A DNA stretch of 63,893 nt from Gammaproteobacteria bacterium (GCA_024229615.1 JAAESG010000444.1:1-63893), one strand, 5' to 3'. Positions 9,056-20,578 are shown, counted from the stretch's first letter. Numbers and translations are program-made. The notes: generated by a model not told the origin, from the sequence alone.

Positions 9056-10075
9056 TTAAAGATTGATCTCGCCCTGGGTCGAATGCTTGATTCCGAAATG
9101 CAAATACGCGCGCGATGTTACCACACGTCCTCTCGGGGTACGCATCATAAAACCCTGCTGGATCAGGTAAGGCTCGATGACATCCTCGATCGTACCACGC
9201 TCCTCGCCGATCGCAGCTGCGAGGCTTTCGACACCGACCGGTCCACCATCAAATTTCTCGATCAAAGCCAGAATCAGACGTCGATCCATATGATCCAGGC
9301 CCGATTGATCGACTTTGAGCATATCCAGGGCAGCCCGCGCGATCTCGGCGCTGATAACGCCATCCGCCTTGACCTCGGCATAATCGCGCGCACGTCGCAG
9401 CAGGCGGTTGGCGATGCGCGGGGTACCGCGCGAACGGCTGGCGATTTCCCGCGCGCCTTCTGCTTCCAGTCTGATCTCCAGCAATCCCGCCGAACGCATG
9501 ATAATACGCCCCAGATCCTCGGCACTGTAAAACTCGAGGCGCTGCACGATGCCGAATCGATCGCGGAGCGGTGAGGTTAACAATCCCGCTCGCGTGGTCG
9601 CACCGACCAGAGTAAATGGTGGCAAATCGAGTTTGATCGAGCGCGCCGCCGGCCCCTCGCCAATCATGATATCAAGCTGAAAATCTTCCAGCGCCGGATA
9701 CAGGATTTCTTCGACAACCGGACTCAGGCGATGTATTTCATCGATAAATAAAACATCATGTGCCTCCAGGTTGGTCAGGATTGCAGCCAGATCACCAGCC
9801 TTCTCCAGTACAGGCCCTGAGGTCTGGCGCAGATTGACTTGCATTTCGTTGGCAATAATATGCGACAGCGTTGTTTTACCAAGCCCCGGGGGGCCAAAAA
9901 TTAGTACATGATCGAGCGCCTCCTGTCTTTTAATCGCGGCCTGGACAAAGATGTCCATTTGTTCGCAGACCTCGTCCTGTCCGACATAATCGACAAGCTT
10001 TTTCGGTCGCAATGCCCGATCCTGAGATAATTCCTCGACGATCGCTTCGGCACTAATCAGGCGTTCTTCGCTCAT
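9056..10075 (-). CDS. ruvB: Holliday junction branch migration ATPase RuvB
   Basis: 339 aa, Walker [10 protein letters not shown], Walker B LFIDEIHR; follows ruvA with a 4-nt overlap. Confidence 0.96.
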   Translation of the reverse strand: MSEERLISAEAIVEELSQDRALRPKKLVDYVGQDEVCEQMDIFVQAAIKRQEALDHVLIFGPPGLGKTTLSHIIANEMQVNLRQTSGPVLEKAGDLAAILTNLEAHDVLFIDEIHRLSPVVEEILYPALEDFQLDIMIGEGPAARSIKLDLPPFTLVGATTRAGLLTSPLRDRFGIVQRLEFYSAEDLGRIIMRSAGLLEIRLEAEGAREIASRSRGTPRIANRLLRRARDYAEVKADGVISAEIARAALDMLKVDQSGLDHMDRRLILALIEKFDGGPVGVESLAAAIGEERGTIEDVIEPYLIQQGFMMRTPRGRVVTSRAYLHFGIKHSTQGEINL

Positions 10076-10683
10076 GCTTTAACCGTTGACTGCAATGCTT
10101 TCTTGATCAACTGGGAAGCGCTATTCACCGCCTCGACCTGCTGCTGTGCTCGACTAATCATCTTTTCTGCATCCGCCGCTTTATAACCCAGGGCTTGCAG
10201 GGCTTCAATCGCTTCGCTGGCAATCGGTTGTCCACCCACAGAAACCTGCTGTGCCGGAATCTCGCCGACCAGGGCTTCGATCTTGTCACGCATTTCGATG
10301 ATCAGACGCTCGGCCGTTTTTGTGCCGACGCCGGGCAGCCGGGTTAGCATAGCTATGTCGTTATTGGCGATACAAAGTGCGAACTGCTGATTGTCGATAC
10401 CGGAAAGAATCGTCAACGCCATTTTCGGGCCGACACCATTGATGCGGATGAGCTGGCGGAACAACTTGCGTTCCTGTTCCGTGGTGAACCCGATCAGGCT
10501 GTGGGAATCTTCCTTAACCAGTAAATGTGTCCAGATCGAAATCTGCTCACCGACCTCGGGAAGTTGGTAATAAGTCGTCATCGACACGTCTGCCTCGTAA
10601 CCCACCCCATTACAATCAATAAGAATTTGCGGCGCGCGCTTGGCTGCGAGCATGCCTATCAAACGGCTGATCATCTTCGACAA
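10072..10683 (-). CDS. ruvA: Holliday junction DNA-binding protein RuvA
   Basis: 203 aa with the HhH segments ([26 protein letters not shown]). The ruvC-ruvA-ruvB order fits. Confidence 0.95.
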   Translation of the reverse strand: MSKMISRLIGMLAAKRAPQILIDCNGVGYEADVSMTTYYQLPEVGEQISIWTHLLVKEDSHSLIGFTTEQERKLFRQLIRINGVGPKMALTILSGIDNQQFALCIANNDIAMLTRLPGVGTKTAERLIIEMRDKIEALVGEIPAQQVSVGGQPIASEAIEALQALGYKAADAEKMISRAQQQVEAVNSASQLIKKALQSTVKA

Positions 10684-11195
10684 TTTCTCCTGCGCTTGAG
10701 TAAGGCCGGGTCGAGGCCTGTTTTCTGCCGACTAGCGTAAAACTGAGCGTGACAAATGGCAATCGCAAGACCGTCGGCCTCATCGGGCTGCAACGCCTCG
10801 CGGATACCGAGCAGGCGTTGAACCATATGTTGCACCTGATCCTTGTTGGCCGCCCCTGTTCCGACAATCGACTTCTTGACTTCGCGTGCAGCATACTCGG
10901 CAATTTCGAGACCTGCCTGATGCCCGGCACAAATGGCCGCGCCACGCGCCTGGCCCAGTTTCAGAGCCGAATCCGCGTTACGCGCCATAAATACATTTTC
11001 AATGCTCATCTGTTCCGGCTTGTGTTTATGAATAACCGTCTCGATTTCCGCAAATATACAACCGAGGCGTTGAGGCAAACTGTCCCCGCTAACCCTGATG
11101 CTACCACTGGCGATATACTCGATGCGGTTAGCCTGATTGTCGATAAGGCCGAAGCCGGTGATACGCGATCCAGGGTCAATCCCCAGGATAATCAT
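10671..11195 (-). CDS. ruvC: Crossover junction endodeoxyribonuclease RuvC
   Basis: 174 aa; N-terminus IILGIDPGSRITGFG is typical of RuvC. Confidence 0.94.
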   Translation of the reverse strand: MIILGIDPGSRITGFGLIDNQANRIEYIASGSIRVSGDSLPQRLGCIFAEIETVIHKHKPEQMSIENVFMARNADSALKLGQARGAAICAGHQAGLEIAEYAAREVKKSIVGTGAANKDQVQHMVQRLLGIREALQPDEADGLAIAICHAQFYASRQKTGLDPALLKRRRNCRR

Positions 11196-11941
11196 TAAGC
11201 CTCGGCCTCGTATGCTTCCTCAGGAATCTCCGTGTTGTAATAGACATCCTGAACATCATCCGAACTTTCCAGCAGATCGACCAGGCGTAATACCTTCTGC
11301 GCATCTTCCAAATCCAACTCGGCATTGGTAGAGGCGCGCATGGTCAGTTCCGAGTCTTCCGGTTCGAGTCCGGCCTCGGTCATTGACTGTTTCACTGCGA
11401 CATAGTCCTCGGCTGTAGTCAGAACCTCTATGCTGCCGTCTTCGTCGACGATAACATCTTCGGCACCGGCATCAAGCGCGGCCTCCATCACATTGTCTTC
11501 GTCATGCTCGGGTGAATAAAGCAGCACGCCGACATTGCTAAACATGTATGCCACCGAGCCAGTTTGGCCGAGATTGCCGCCTGCCTTGGTAAAGGCGTGA
11601 CGGACTTCGGCAACAGTACGATTGCGATTATCCGACAGGCAATCGACAATCACGGCCACACCCGCAGGACCGTATCCTTCGTAGCGAATTTCTTCGTAGT
11701 CGGAACCATCGAGTTCACCGGCGCCGCGTTTGACCGCGCGTTCGATAGCGTCTTTTGGAACCGACTGAGATTTGGCCTTGTCGACGGCAGTACGTAACGA
11801 AGCATTGGCATCCAGGTCAGACCCGCCTGCCTTGGCAGCCACCACGATTTCCTTTATTAAACGAGTAAACAACTTTCCGCGCTTGGCGTCCTGAGCCTTC
11901 TTACGATGCTGAATGTTCGCCCACTTGCTATGACCCGCCAC
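11195..11941 (-). CDS. yebC: YebC/PmpR family DNA-binding transcriptional regulator
   Basis: 248 aa; begins [28 protein letters not shown], the family hallmark. It lies upstream of ruvC as in many bacteria. Confidence 0.94.
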   Translation of the reverse strand: MAGHSKWANIQHRKKAQDAKRGKLFTRLIKEIVVAAKAGGSDLDANASLRTAVDKAKSQSVPKDAIERAVKRGAGELDGSDYEEIRYEGYGPAGVAVIVDCLSDNRNRTVAEVRHAFTKAGGNLGQTGSVAYMFSNVGVLLYSPEHDEDNVMEAALDAGAEDVIVDEDGSIEVLTTAEDYVAVKQSMTEAGLEPEDSELTMRASTNAELDLEDAQKVLRLVDLLESSDDVQDVYYNTEIPEEAYEAEA

Positions 11942-11997
11942 TAGTTTACGACCTCAGTAAAAAATGGCGCTATGTTAGCACTTTTTTTGGAGAAGCT

Positions 11998-12657
11998 TTA
12001 CCAGCCAGGAGGGAGTTTTTTCTCAATAGTGATATGTTTACCTTCTATCGAGATGTAACCGCCGGTTTTTAGCTCCTTGAGGATGCGATGAACCATTTCG
12101 CGAGTAGCGCCGACCCGACTGGCAATATCCTGCTGGGTTAATTTCTCGGTCACCAGTTTTTCGCCGACCTCATCGGCATGCTTGTAGAGCACGCGCACCA
12201 CGCGGTTGTATACATCTTCGAGCGCAAGACTGCTGACCTCTTCGGTCAAATCCTGAATACGATGAATGAGTAAGTCGATGATTTGCATGCTGACCGTTGG
12301 CTTGGCGAGCAGTGTATCCATAAATACCTGGCGCGAAATAATGCCAAAGGTAGAGTCTTCGGTCGTGATAATGCTCGCCTGGCGCGGAATGCCACCCAGT
12401 GGCGCGAGCTCACCGAAAGCCTCGCGCTCACCCAGCGTGTTGATAATAATTTCCTTGCCCTTGTCGTTGTGCAGGAATACATCGACCTTGCCTTGCAAGA
12501 TCACGTAAAAAGAATCGGTTTCATCACCCTGACTGACAATTACGGTATTCTTGGGGAATTGGCGAATGACCGTCTGCGAAGCGATACTTTCGAAGTCGTC
12601 CTCGGTCATCCCTTGAAACAACGTAATTTCTTCTAGTGTCTCGTTTAAGGTTGCCAT
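11998..12657 (-). CDS. Crp/Fnr family transcriptional regulator
   Basis: 219 aa with a cNMP-binding fold (FGELAPLGGIPRQASIIT) and a C-terminal HTH (QQDIASRVGATREMVHRILKEL). Confidence 0.85.
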   Translation of the reverse strand: MATLNETLEEITLFQGMTEDDFESIASQTVIRQFPKNTVIVSQGDETDSFYVILQGKVDVFLHNDKGKEIIINTLGEREAFGELAPLGGIPRQASIITTEDSTFGIISRQVFMDTLLAKPTVSMQIIDLLIHRIQDLTEEVSSLALEDVYNRVVRVLYKHADEVGEKLVTEKLTQQDIASRVGATREMVHRILKELKTGGYISIEGKHITIEKKLPPGW

Positions 12658-12706
12658 GTTTTTTGTTTTATCGCGCGCTGCTCAAGCTGCAATCATTACT
12701 AAATTT

Positions 12707-14269
12707 TCACTGGTAATCAAGGTTAATCGACCAGCTGTCTACGATAACCGACTTTCCGCTCATCACATCGGGTTGTGAAATACCCATTAACTGCAATACG
12801 GTCGGTGCGATTGCAGAAAGATTTTCGCCTTCACCTAGTGTGCGTACCTCGTTATCGATAATCAGGCAAGGCACCGGATGATTGGAATGCTGGGTATGAG
12901 GTTTACCCGATGCCGGATCGACCATTTCATCGCAATTACCATGATCCGCAGTTAACACCACGGCAAAGTTATTCGAAATTGCCGACTCAAGCACCCGCCC
13001 TACTTCACGGTCGAGCACTTCAACGGCCTCGATGATGGCGTCGCGCACAGCGGTATGCCCGACCATATCACCGTTGGCGAAATTCACCACGATGAAATCA
13101 AAACTCGCGGACTGCATCGCTGCGATAACCGCATCCGCCAATTCGGGTGCACTCATTTCCGGTCGCAGGTCATAGGTGGCGACATGCGGCGAATTAATCA
13201 AAATACGCTCCTCACCCGGGTAAGGTGCCTCGCGACCTCCATTGAAGAAAAAAGTAACATGTGCGTATTTTTCAGTTTCAGCACAATGCAGTTGGTGTAA
13301 ACCCGCGTCACTGATGACACTGCCGAGAGTGATTTCGGGACGCTGCGCAGAAAACGCGATTGGCGCTTCCAACCTGGAATCGTAATGTGTCATACAGGTT
13401 ACCCTGATCGGGTTATAGTGCGCACCACGATCGAATTCTGAAAACTGTTCGAGCATAAATGCCGCGCTAATCTGGCGCGCACGATCATTGCGGAAATTGA
13501 AGAAAACCATTTCGTCACCCGCCTGCAGGACTTGCTGCCCGGGCAAACTCGCCGGTTTGACAAATTCGTCGTTTTCACCAACATCGTAACTTTGCTGGAT
13601 AGCGGCCTGTGCCGAGTCCGCGCTAGTGCCACTGGCATAAACGATATTCTCCCAGGCCAGTTTGACACGATCCCAGCGTTGGTCTCTATCCATCGCGTAG
13701 TATCGACCCGACACGGTACCGATAAAACCGCCGTATTCACTCAATAAAGCCTCGAGTTCGGGCAGATAGGACAAGGCCGCCTGGGGCGCCGTATCCCGGC
13801 CATCGGTGATCATGTGTAACTGGGGTACAACCTGGTGTTGTTGGCACAGCCGAATCAACGCAGCGAGGTGATCGATATGGCTGTGCACACCCCCGTCGGA
13901 AACCAGGCCGATGAGGTGCAATGGCCGTTGCCTTGAACCGGCCGCTTTCACGGCATCGAGTAGCGCTGCATTTTTATAAAAACTGCGATCGTCGATAGCA
14001 TCGTCTATCAGGACAAGGTCCTGTTTGACAATTGTGCCACTGCCGATGGTCATGTGTCCGACTTCGGAATTGCCCATTTGGCCAATCGGTAGTCCAACAC
14101 CGCGACCGGAGGCTTCTAACGACGTCATCGGGTAATCGGAAAAATAACGATCGAAATTAGGTGTGTTGGCCTGAGCGATTGCGTTATTGGCCGGTTCGGG
14201 GTTGATGCCGAAACCGTCCAGAATACAAAGTAAAGTCGGACGGCGTGGCGCCCTAATCGTGGATGTCAT
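12707..14269 (-). CDS. gpmI: 2,3-bisphosphoglycerate-independent phosphoglycerate mutase
   Basis: 520 aa with iPGM motifs LCILDGFG, GNSEVGHMTIGSG and ADHGN. Confidence 0.95.
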   Translation of the reverse strand: MTSTIRAPRRPTLLCILDGFGINPEPANNAIAQANTPNFDRYFSDYPMTSLEASGRGVGLPIGQMGNSEVGHMTIGSGTIVKQDLVLIDDAIDDRSFYKNAALLDAVKAAGSRQRPLHLIGLVSDGGVHSHIDHLAALIRLCQQHQVVPQLHMITDGRDTAPQAALSYLPELEALLSEYGGFIGTVSGRYYAMDRDQRWDRVKLAWENIVYASGTSADSAQAAIQQSYDVGENDEFVKPASLPGQQVLQAGDEMVFFNFRNDRARQISAAFMLEQFSEFDRGAHYNPIRVTCMTHYDSRLEAPIAFSAQRPEITLGSVISDAGLHQLHCAETEKYAHVTFFFNGGREAPYPGEERILINSPHVATYDLRPEMSAPELADAVIAAMQSASFDFIVVNFANGDMVGHTAVRDAIIEAVEVLDREVGRVLESAISNNFAVVLTADHGNCDEMVDPASGKPHTQHSNHPVPCLIIDNEVRTLGEGENLSAIAPTVLQLMGISQPDVMSGKSVIVDSWSINLDYQ

Positions 14270-14366
14270 ATGGGTATTTGGAAACTACGATCTGATTAAC
14301 TCTGAATCATACCGTAAAAGCCTGGTCGGGTTAACCAGACGCCATATAATATGTTTGCCTGGGTGT

Positions 14367-14627
14367 TTAAACTTTGATATCGATGATGGTCCCAAGCACC
14401 TGGTTTGCTGCTTCCAGCGATCTGGCGTTGGCGCGCACGGCGCGCACGATTTCATTTTGCTCGACCAGCGCGCGATCGCGCGAACCGGATGCATCACTCT
14501 CTTCCCCGCGGGCGACTTCGGCAACGTTTTGATCGAGCCTGGTCAACTGCTCACGAATACCTTCCTGCGCGTTGCTACTGGCATCGGAGGTCGAGTATGC
14601 GAAATTGGAGGGACCGGTTATGTTCAT
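14367..14627 (-). CDS. Hypothetical small protein (86 aa)
   Basis: The ORF fills an otherwise empty gap and its codon usage resembles its neighbours. It has a low-complexity N-terminus and a helical C-terminus (SLEAANQVLGTIIDIKV). No family was recognised and no clear Shine-Dalgarno is present. Confidence 0.4.
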   Translation of the reverse strand: MNITGPSNFAYSTSDASSNAQEGIREQLTRLDQNVAEVARGEESDASGSRDRALVEQNEIVRAVRANARSLEAANQVLGTIIDIKV

Positions 14628-14735
14628 TATCTAGTGATGAAAGGAAAACAATACTAGTTTAGCTGCTACGCCGGCATTCACCCGGTTTTCAGCCATCTCG
14701 GGGACTAACGGGGCGAATCGGACGATAAACGGTAG

Positions 14736-15275
14736 TCAATAGAGCGAAACTTGTTCCGCTGATGTCTCGATATTGGCGTTAGCCCCTGATTGCTCTGCAC
14801 GCAAATCGGCCAGGTTTTCCGGATTGATATAACTAAGCCTGAGTTTGTAGTTTTGCCAGTCGCTGGCCAGTTCAATTTCGATGCCATCGCGTAACCAGAG
14901 ATACCTGCGGTCCGACACAAAGCGCCCGGCATGCACTTTGGCCACCCCATATTTGGCGTTCAATTCCCGCAATAACGACTTTGAATTCAAACCGTTGAAT
15001 TCGTACTCGGCGAAAGCGAAGCCTTGATCCCGTCTGACGAAACCAAGATATAGATGACGGGAACCGCTGAGTACCGATGAACTGTCATACACGTCATACC
15101 AATCGTCTTCACCGCCTTCTCGTACCAGCACCACACCGGCATTCTTCACTGCACCGCGCAATTCGTCTCGATTGGTGGATTCGAGATCAACGCCGAACAA
15201 TTCCAATGCGGCCACGGGCTGAAACAAGCCGACGGTCAGATACAGCAATATACAAATCCTGCGAGTATCGTACAT
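14736..15275 (-). CDS. Hypothetical exported protein
   Basis: 179 aa with an N-terminal signal-like segment ICILLYLTVGLFQPVAA. No family was recognised. Confidence 0.6.
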   Translation of the reverse strand: MYDTRRICILLYLTVGLFQPVAALELFGVDLESTNRDELRGAVKNAGVVLVREGGEDDWYDVYDSSSVLSGSRHLYLGFVRRDQGFAFAEYEFNGLNSKSLLRELNAKYGVAKVHAGRFVSDRRYLWLRDGIEIELASDWQNYKLRLSYINPENLADLRAEQSGANANIETSAEQVSLY

Positions 15276-15449
15276 ATTGTAGTTATCGGACAGGCAGGCA
15301 ATTTATTGAGATAAAACTGGTCGTGCCGAGACCTGGGGAGCGTTTTTGCGGTTAAATCAACACTCCCGTTTTCCCCCAAAATCGAGCAGAGCTACAACAG
15401 TGACCGAGTTGTCTCCGCGAAAAATACGGCAGGATGAAAACGACAGGGA

Positions 15450-16337
15450 TTAAGTCTTGTCGAGGCCGGCTTCGTCGGCTTCCGCGCGGTCGATCTCGAC
15501 TTCCATTTCCTCATCAGTCAAAGGTTCATGCTCGGCAACGATGGAATTTCCGGATTCCAGATCCTCTTCCTCCTCTTCGTCCTCATCCTCATCATACTTT
15601 CGATCCTTGAAGATAATTTTCGATGCGATCAGCCCCGCTTCGAACAGAACCCACATCGGTAGTGCCAACAACACTTGTGAAATGACATCCGGCGGGGTAA
15701 GCAGCATGCCGATGATAAAAGCGCCGACGATGACATACGGACGCTTTTCGCCGAGCTTTTTCGGCGTTGTGAGACCGATCGCAATCAGGATTATGGTCGC
15801 AATCGGCACTTCGAAGGCCAGTCCGAATCCAAAAAACAGGGCGAGCACAAAATCCAGGTAACGGCCAATATCGGTCGAAATGTTAACGATTTCCGGACCG
15901 ACGCTGGTGAAGAAGCCGAACACCAGTGGAAACACAATGTAGTAGGCGAAAGAAACACCCGCGTAAAACAGTAAAATGCTGGATACCAGCAACGGCCCTG
16001 CGATACGCTTTTCGTTAGCATAAAGACCTGGCGCAACAAATGACCAGCATTGATGCAGGATGACTGGCATCGCCAGGAATACCGAAAGCATTAACACCAG
16101 TTTGAAAGGCGTCAAAAATGGCGAGGCGACATCGATCGCAATCATGTTGGCGCCTTCGGGCAAATGTCGCGTCAACGGCGCAGCCAGATAGACATAAATA
16201 TCGTTGGCCCAGTAAAACATGCCCAGAAAAAGCACCAGTATTGCAAGCACCATACGCACCACGCGATCTCGCAGCTCCACCAGGTGCGACATCAGGCTTC
16301 CGCTTGCGTTCTCTTCCGGAGTATTTTCTTCACTCAT
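15450..16337 (-). CDS. tatC: Twin-arginine translocase subunit TatC, with an acidic C-terminal extension
   Basis: 295 aa with six TM segments and a typical TatC N-terminus (MSHLVELRDRVVRMVLAI). The tail is about 50 aa and rich in D/E. Confidence 0.94.
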   Translation of the reverse strand: MSEENTPEENASGSLMSHLVELRDRVVRMVLAILVLFLGMFYWANDIYVYLAAPLTRHLPEGANMIAIDVASPFLTPFKLVLMLSVFLAMPVILHQCWSFVAPGLYANEKRIAGPLLVSSILLFYAGVSFAYYIVFPLVFGFFTSVGPEIVNISTDIGRYLDFVLALFFGFGLAFEVPIATIILIAIGLTTPKKLGEKRPYVIVGAFIIGMLLTPPDVISQVLLALPMWVLFEAGLIASKIIFKDRKYDEDEDEEEEEDLESGNSIVAEHEPLTDEEMEVEIDRAEADEAGLDKT

Positions 16338-16762
16338 GATTTGACTTTGTCGATTGCATCACCGGAATCAGGCTCTGCGGAAACTGGTTCTGCGGTCGCT
16401 GCAGAATCGGCATCGCCTGCGACGCTGCTTTGCTCGGAGATCGAAGGGGTATCGCCGAGGTCTTCGGTGGTCGGCTCGACGGCATCGGTGACCGTATTGA
16501 CTTCCTTTTCGAAAGCCTTGCCTGCATCACTCATGGAGTCTTTGATGTTATCCAGCTCGCGCTGCTGATCGGCGAGAATCTGGCGCAGTTCGTCGGCGCG
16601 CAATTCCTGTTCGACATCGGCCTTGACGCTGGTCATGAAACGTTTCAGGCGACCAAAGTATTTACCCGCGGTGCGTGCCACCCCCGGTAAACGTTCGGGA
16701 CCAATCACCACGAGAGCAACTATGCCGATCAGCATCAACTCGGTAAAGCCCATATCAAACAT
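16334..16762 (-). CDS. tatB: Twin-arginine translocase subunit TatB
   Basis: 142 aa; begins MFDMGFTELMLIGIVALVVIGPERLP. Confidence 0.92.
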   Translation of the reverse strand: MFDMGFTELMLIGIVALVVIGPERLPGVARTAGKYFGRLKRFMTSVKADVEQELRADELRQILADQQRELDNIKDSMSDAGKAFEKEVNTVTDAVEPTTEDLGDTPSISEQSSVAGDADSAATAEPVSAEPDSGDAIDKVKS

Positions 16763-16815
16763 AGTATTTCTTGCTCGAAACTCGGCTGGGTAGAATATGA
16801 TTTACGGCGTCTGGC

Positions 16816-17034
16816 CTAAACCTTGTCCTCTTCCTTTACCTTACCTTCGATAATCTGTCCTTCAGGTTCAGCCGTATCCTTGTCGGCTTCCTCGTCTTTA
16901 ACTGATTTTTTGAAACTCCTGATTGCGCCACCCAGATCTCCGCCGACATTGCGCAGCTTCTTGGTGCCAAACAACAAGATCACGATCACCAGGATCACCG
17001 CCAGCGACCAGATACTAATTCCACCAAAACCCAT
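16816..17034 (-). CDS. tatA: Twin-arginine translocase subunit TatA
   Basis: 72 aa; contains [25 protein letters not shown]. Confidence 0.92.
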   Translation of the reverse strand: MGFGGISIWSLAVILVIVILLFGTKKLRNVGGDLGGAIRSFKKSVKDEEADKDTAEPEGQIIEGKVKEEDKV

Positions 17035-17042
17035 TTCTCACC

Positions 17043-17369
17043 TCATTTACTTTGTTCACGCGCGGCTTTTTCGTCGACACCCGAAACACCGAAACGGCGT
17101 TCAAGTTCATCCAGCACAAGCCGTGCATCAAGATTCTGTTGCGCCAACATCACCAGGCAATGAAACCAAAGATCTGCAGTTTCATAAACAATTTGCTGTT
17201 TATCGCCTGATTTTGCGGCAATGATTGTTTCAGCTGATTCTTCACCGATTTTCTTCAGTATGGAATCGAGTCCTTTATGATACAGCCCCGCCACATAAGA
17301 TGAATCGGGATCTGCACCCTTTCTCGACTCCAGTACAGCCATCAGGCGCTGGAGTATATCATCACTCAT
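17043..17369 (-). CDS. hisE: Phosphoribosyl-ATP pyrophosphatase
   Basis: 108 aa of the MazG-like PRA-PH family ([30 protein letters not shown]). It follows hisI. Confidence 0.92.
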   Translation of the reverse strand: MSDDILQRLMAVLESRKGADPDSSYVAGLYHKGLDSILKKIGEESAETIIAAKSGDKQQIVYETADLWFHCLVMLAQQNLDARLVLDELERRFGVSGVDEKAAREQSK

Positions 17370-17749
17370 CGATAAATCTCGTCGGGATTTTTGATAATTT
17401 CTTCATCGATTTCCCATTCTCCATCCTTTAAAGCCCGAAAAAAACAGCGCTGCCGACCCGTGTGGCAAGCAATCCCGCCCATTTGTTCGACCTGAAGCAG
17501 TATCACATCGGCATCACAGTCAACGCGAATTTCTTTGAGTTGCTGTACATGACCCGACTCTTCGCCCTTAAACCAGAGCTTTTGCCTGGATCTTGACCAG
17601 TAGACCGCTCGACCCTGTTCACAGCTGAGTTGCAGGGATTCTCGATTCATCCAGGCCAGCATGAGCACTTTTCCGCTCTGATGATCCTGAGCAATCGCCG
17701 CTATCAACCCATCGTCATTCCAGTTGAGTTGCTCAAGCCAATCAGTCAT
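17366..17749 (-). CDS. hisI: Phosphoribosyl-AMP cyclohydrolase
   Basis: I place the start at the internal ATG ([10 protein letters not shown]...), which overlaps the hisF stop as ATGACTGA. Motifs: [29 protein letters not shown]. The 179-aa track ORF looks like an artefactual N-terminal extension. Confidence 0.9.
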   Translation of the reverse strand: MTDWLEQLNWNDDGLIAAIAQDHQSGKVLMLAWMNRESLQLSCEQGRAVYWSRSRQKLWFKGEESGHVQQLKEIRVDCDADVILLQVEQMGGIACHTGRQRCFFRALKDGEWEIDEEIIKNPDEIYR

Positions 17750-18518
17750 CACGCACCTCGATACCCTGAGTCCGCATGAAAGCCTTGGCCTCACTGATAC
17801 GATACTCGCCGAAATGAAAGATGCTCGCCGCGAGCACGGCATCAGCCTTGCCCCGTAGAATTCCATCGGCCAGGTGCTGCAAGTTACCAACCCCACCTGA
17901 AGCAATCACCGGCACTCTGACCGCTTCCGATACAGCTCGCGTCAATTCGTTATCAAATCCAATTTTGGTACCGTCGCGATCCATGCTTGTGAGCAGGATT
18001 TCACCGGCACCGTAAGCATCCATTTTGCGCACCCATTCGAGCGTATCGATACCGGTCGGTTTACGTCCACCGTGAGTGAAAATCTCCCAACGTCCCGGCT
18101 CGCCTTCTGTACTGACGCGTTTGGCATCGACCGCGACAACGATACATTGCGAGCCAAACTTGTCCGCCGCCTCGGCCACAAACTCGGGCTTGAATACCGC
18201 TGCGGTATTGATACTGATCTTGTCAGCGCCGGCGTTAAGCATGCGCCGAATATCGGCTAGTTCACGAATACCGCCGCCCACCGTCAATGGAATGAAAACC
18301 TCGCGTGCCACATCTTCCACCACGTGCACCATGGTGTCACGATCGTCCGAACTCGCGGTGATGTCGAGAAAGGTCAGCTCATCCGCACCTTCCTGGTTAT
18401 ATCGCCTTGCGTTTTCAACCGGATCGCCGGCATCGCGAATTTCGACAAATTTGACGCCTTTGACGACGCGACCATTGTCGACATCGAGGCAGGGGATAAT
18501 ACGTTTGGCTAAAGACAC
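17742..18518 (-). CDS. hisF: Imidazole glycerol phosphate synthase cyclase subunit
   Basis: 258 aa; begins with [19 protein letters not shown]. Confidence 0.96.
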   Translation of the reverse strand: MSLAKRIIPCLDVDNGRVVKGVKFVEIRDAGDPVENARRYNQEGADELTFLDITASSDDRDTMVHVVEDVAREVFIPLTVGGGIRELADIRRMLNAGADKISINTAAVFKPEFVAEAADKFGSQCIVVAVDAKRVSTEGEPGRWEIFTHGGRKPTGIDTLEWVRKMDAYGAGEILLTSMDRDGTKIGFDNELTRAVSEAVRVPVIASGGVGNLQHLADGILRGKADAVLAASIFHFGEYRISEAKAFMRTQGIEVRDD

Positions 18519-19249
18519 TAGTGCTGATCGATATAGGATTGTGCCTCGGGCAGGCTGATAGTGCGCTCATATAGGGCGCGACCGATGATGACACCTTCAA
18601 TGCCGGAGTCCTTGACTTCGTTGAGCTGGAGGATGCATTCCATGTCAGTTACACCGCCTGAGGCGATAACCGGGACACTAATCGCCTCGGCCAACTGTTT
18701 CGTGGCTTCGACATTGACGCCCTCCATCATACCGTCACGGCTGATGTCCGTATAGACAATCGCGGCAACCCCCTGATCTTCGAAACGCAAAGCCAGGTCC
18801 TGTGCGGTATGATCGGAGCCTTCGGCCCAGCCGTGAACCGCCACCAATCCGTCCTTCGCATCGATACCGACGATCACGTTGCCGGGAAACTCGGCACAAA
18901 GCTGGGTAATGAATTCGGGGCGCTTAACTGCCATGGTGCCGATGATGACATAACTGACGCCAGCCTCCAGATAAGATTCCACGGTTTCAATGTTACGGAT
19001 ACCACCACCGATCTGAATCGGTAAATCGGGAAATGAAGTGCAAATCTCTTCGATTACATCGGCATTGACGGGTTCGCCCTCGAAGGCTCCGTCAAGGTCA
19101 ACCAGATGCAAGCGCGTACAACCCTGCGACGCCCATTTGCCGGCCATCGCGACCGGATCGTCGGAAAACACGGTGCTTTCGTCCATGTTACCCTGGCGCA
19201 GGCGCACGCAATGTCCTTCTTTCAAGTCGATTGCGGGTATCAAAATCAT
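18518..19249 (-). CDS. hisA: ProFAR isomerase
   Basis: 243 aa; begins [17 protein letters not shown]. Confidence 0.95.
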   Translation of the reverse strand: MILIPAIDLKEGHCVRLRQGNMDESTVFSDDPVAMAGKWASQGCTRLHLVDLDGAFEGEPVNADVIEEICTSFPDLPIQIGGGIRNIETVESYLEAGVSYVIIGTMAVKRPEFITQLCAEFPGNVIVGIDAKDGLVAVHGWAEGSDHTAQDLALRFEDQGVAAIVYTDISRDGMMEGVNVEATKQLAEAISVPVIASGGVTDMECILQLNEVKDSGIEGVIIGRALYERTISLPEAQSYIDQH

Positions 19250-19893
19250 AGCTGACCATCCCAGTTAACGAAATTGCGTAACAATTGCAAACCTGCATCG
19301 GCGCTCTTCTCGGGATGGCACTGTAACGCGAACAGATTATCCCGTGCAATTACACTACTAAATGCAAAGCCGTAATCGGTAACACCTGCGACCAGATCAG
19401 GATCCGTCACCTCAAGGTAGTAGCTGTGCACAAAATAAAATCGGCTACCGTCCTCGATCGATTGCCAAAGTGGGTGCGAGCGAGCTTGCGCCACACGATT
19501 CCAGCCCATATGCGGAACCTTAAGTTTAGCACCACCCTGGTCTCTATGGTCATCTCCAAAGTACTTCACCTGGCCTTCTAATATGCCGAGGCAAGCAGTC
19601 CCCTGGTTTTCTTCACTATGTTCGATCAGGACCTGCATACCCATACAAATCCCAAGAAAAGGACGTTGCCCTGCCGCGGCAATGATCGCTTCGCGTAAAG
19701 CGTACTCATCGATTGCCCGCATACAGTCACCCGCAGCACCCTGCCCGGGAAACACGACCCGATCGGCCCCCAGCACCTGTTGCGGATCAGCGGTCAGTAC
19801 CACCCGATCTCGATCCTGAGTAACAACTTCAAGGGCGTTGACGACCGAGCGCAGATTACCCATGCCGTAATCGACCACGGCAATTGTCTGCAC
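19246..19893 (-). CDS. hisH: Imidazole glycerol phosphate synthase glutaminase subunit
   Basis: 215 aa with [14 protein letters not shown] and the catalytic GICMGMQ segment. Confidence 0.95.
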   Translation of the reverse strand: MQTIAVVDYGMGNLRSVVNALEVVTQDRDRVVLTADPQQVLGADRVVFPGQGAAGDCMRAIDEYALREAIIAAAGQRPFLGICMGMQVLIEHSEENQGTACLGILEGQVKYFGDDHRDQGGAKLKVPHMGWNRVAQARSHPLWQSIEDGSRFYFVHSYYLEVTDPDLVAGVTDYGFAFSSVIARDNLFALQCHPEKSADAGLQLLRNFVNWDGQL

Positions 19894-20486
19894 TATAGAG
19901 TTCCCTTGGTCGATGGAATAACGCCCAGCATACGCTCGTCTTTCGAAACCGCAAAGCGTAATGCACGGCCAAAGGCCTTGAACACGGTTTCGGCGATATG
20001 GTGCGCATTTTGACCGGCGAGACTATCGATATGCAAAGTCACCGGTGCGTGATTGGCAAAGCCCTGGAAGAATTCGTGGAACAGGTCGACGTCGAACTGA
20101 CCAATACGTGGTCGAGCAAACTCAACCCGGTACTCGATGCCCGGCCTACCGGAAAAATCGATAACGACTCGCGACAGCGCCTCGTCCAGTGGCACATAAG
20201 CGTGACCATAACGCATGATGCCCTTTTTATCGTCTAGTGCCTGCTTGAACGCCTGACCCAGGGTAATGCCGATGTCCTCTACCGTATGGTGATCGTCTAT
20301 ATGCAGATCTCCGCTGGCCTTAATTTCCAGGTCAAACGAACCATGCCGCGCGATCTGCTCAAGCATATGTTCGAGAAACGGAATCCCGGTATCGAAACTG
20401 GAGTTTCCGCTTCCATCCAGATTCAGTGAAACACTGATCTGGGTTTCCAACGTGTTGCGACTGACGCTTGCACTACGATCCGACAT
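19893..20486 (-). CDS. hisB: Imidazoleglycerol-phosphate dehydratase
   Basis: 197 aa, monofunctional IGPD ([30 protein letters not shown]). Confidence 0.95.
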   Translation of the reverse strand: MSDRSASVSRNTLETQISVSLNLDGSGNSSFDTGIPFLEHMLEQIARHGSFDLEIKASGDLHIDDHHTVEDIGITLGQAFKQALDDKKGIMRYGHAYVPLDEALSRVVIDFSGRPGIEYRVEFARPRIGQFDVDLFHEFFQGFANHAPVTLHIDSLAGQNAHHIAETVFKAFGRALRFAVSKDERMLGVIPSTKGTL

Positions 20487-20578
20487 TGATAACCATTTTT
20501 GCAGCTAGACAGAGGTTGTTGATAATAATCGACATCGGGGCCAAATTCGACCATTAATCGGTCAGTAATTGGAGGCCC

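Noticed and set aside
10616-10945. 109-aa minus-strand ORF overlapping ruvC and ruvA, and similar nested ORFs within most large genes
   Set aside because: They are out-of-frame overlaps with confidently identified genes, and none has a recognisable domain.
14187-14657. 156-aa plus-strand ORF
   Set aside because: It overlaps the gpmI 5' end in antisense and covers the more plausible 86-aa minus-strand ORF. It has no recognisable family.
17750-17905. N-terminal extensions of track ORFs: hisI to 17905, ttcA to 23351, rsmB to 31619, hemF from 38898, DUF523 from 40995, DMT from 44130, thioesterase from 48600, dtd to 21202
   Set aside because: The extensions overlap the upstream gene, have non-protein-like sequence (Cys/Arg/Trp rich) and precede the point where family homology starts. 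Internal starts give typical lengths and typical 1-8 nt coupling overlaps.
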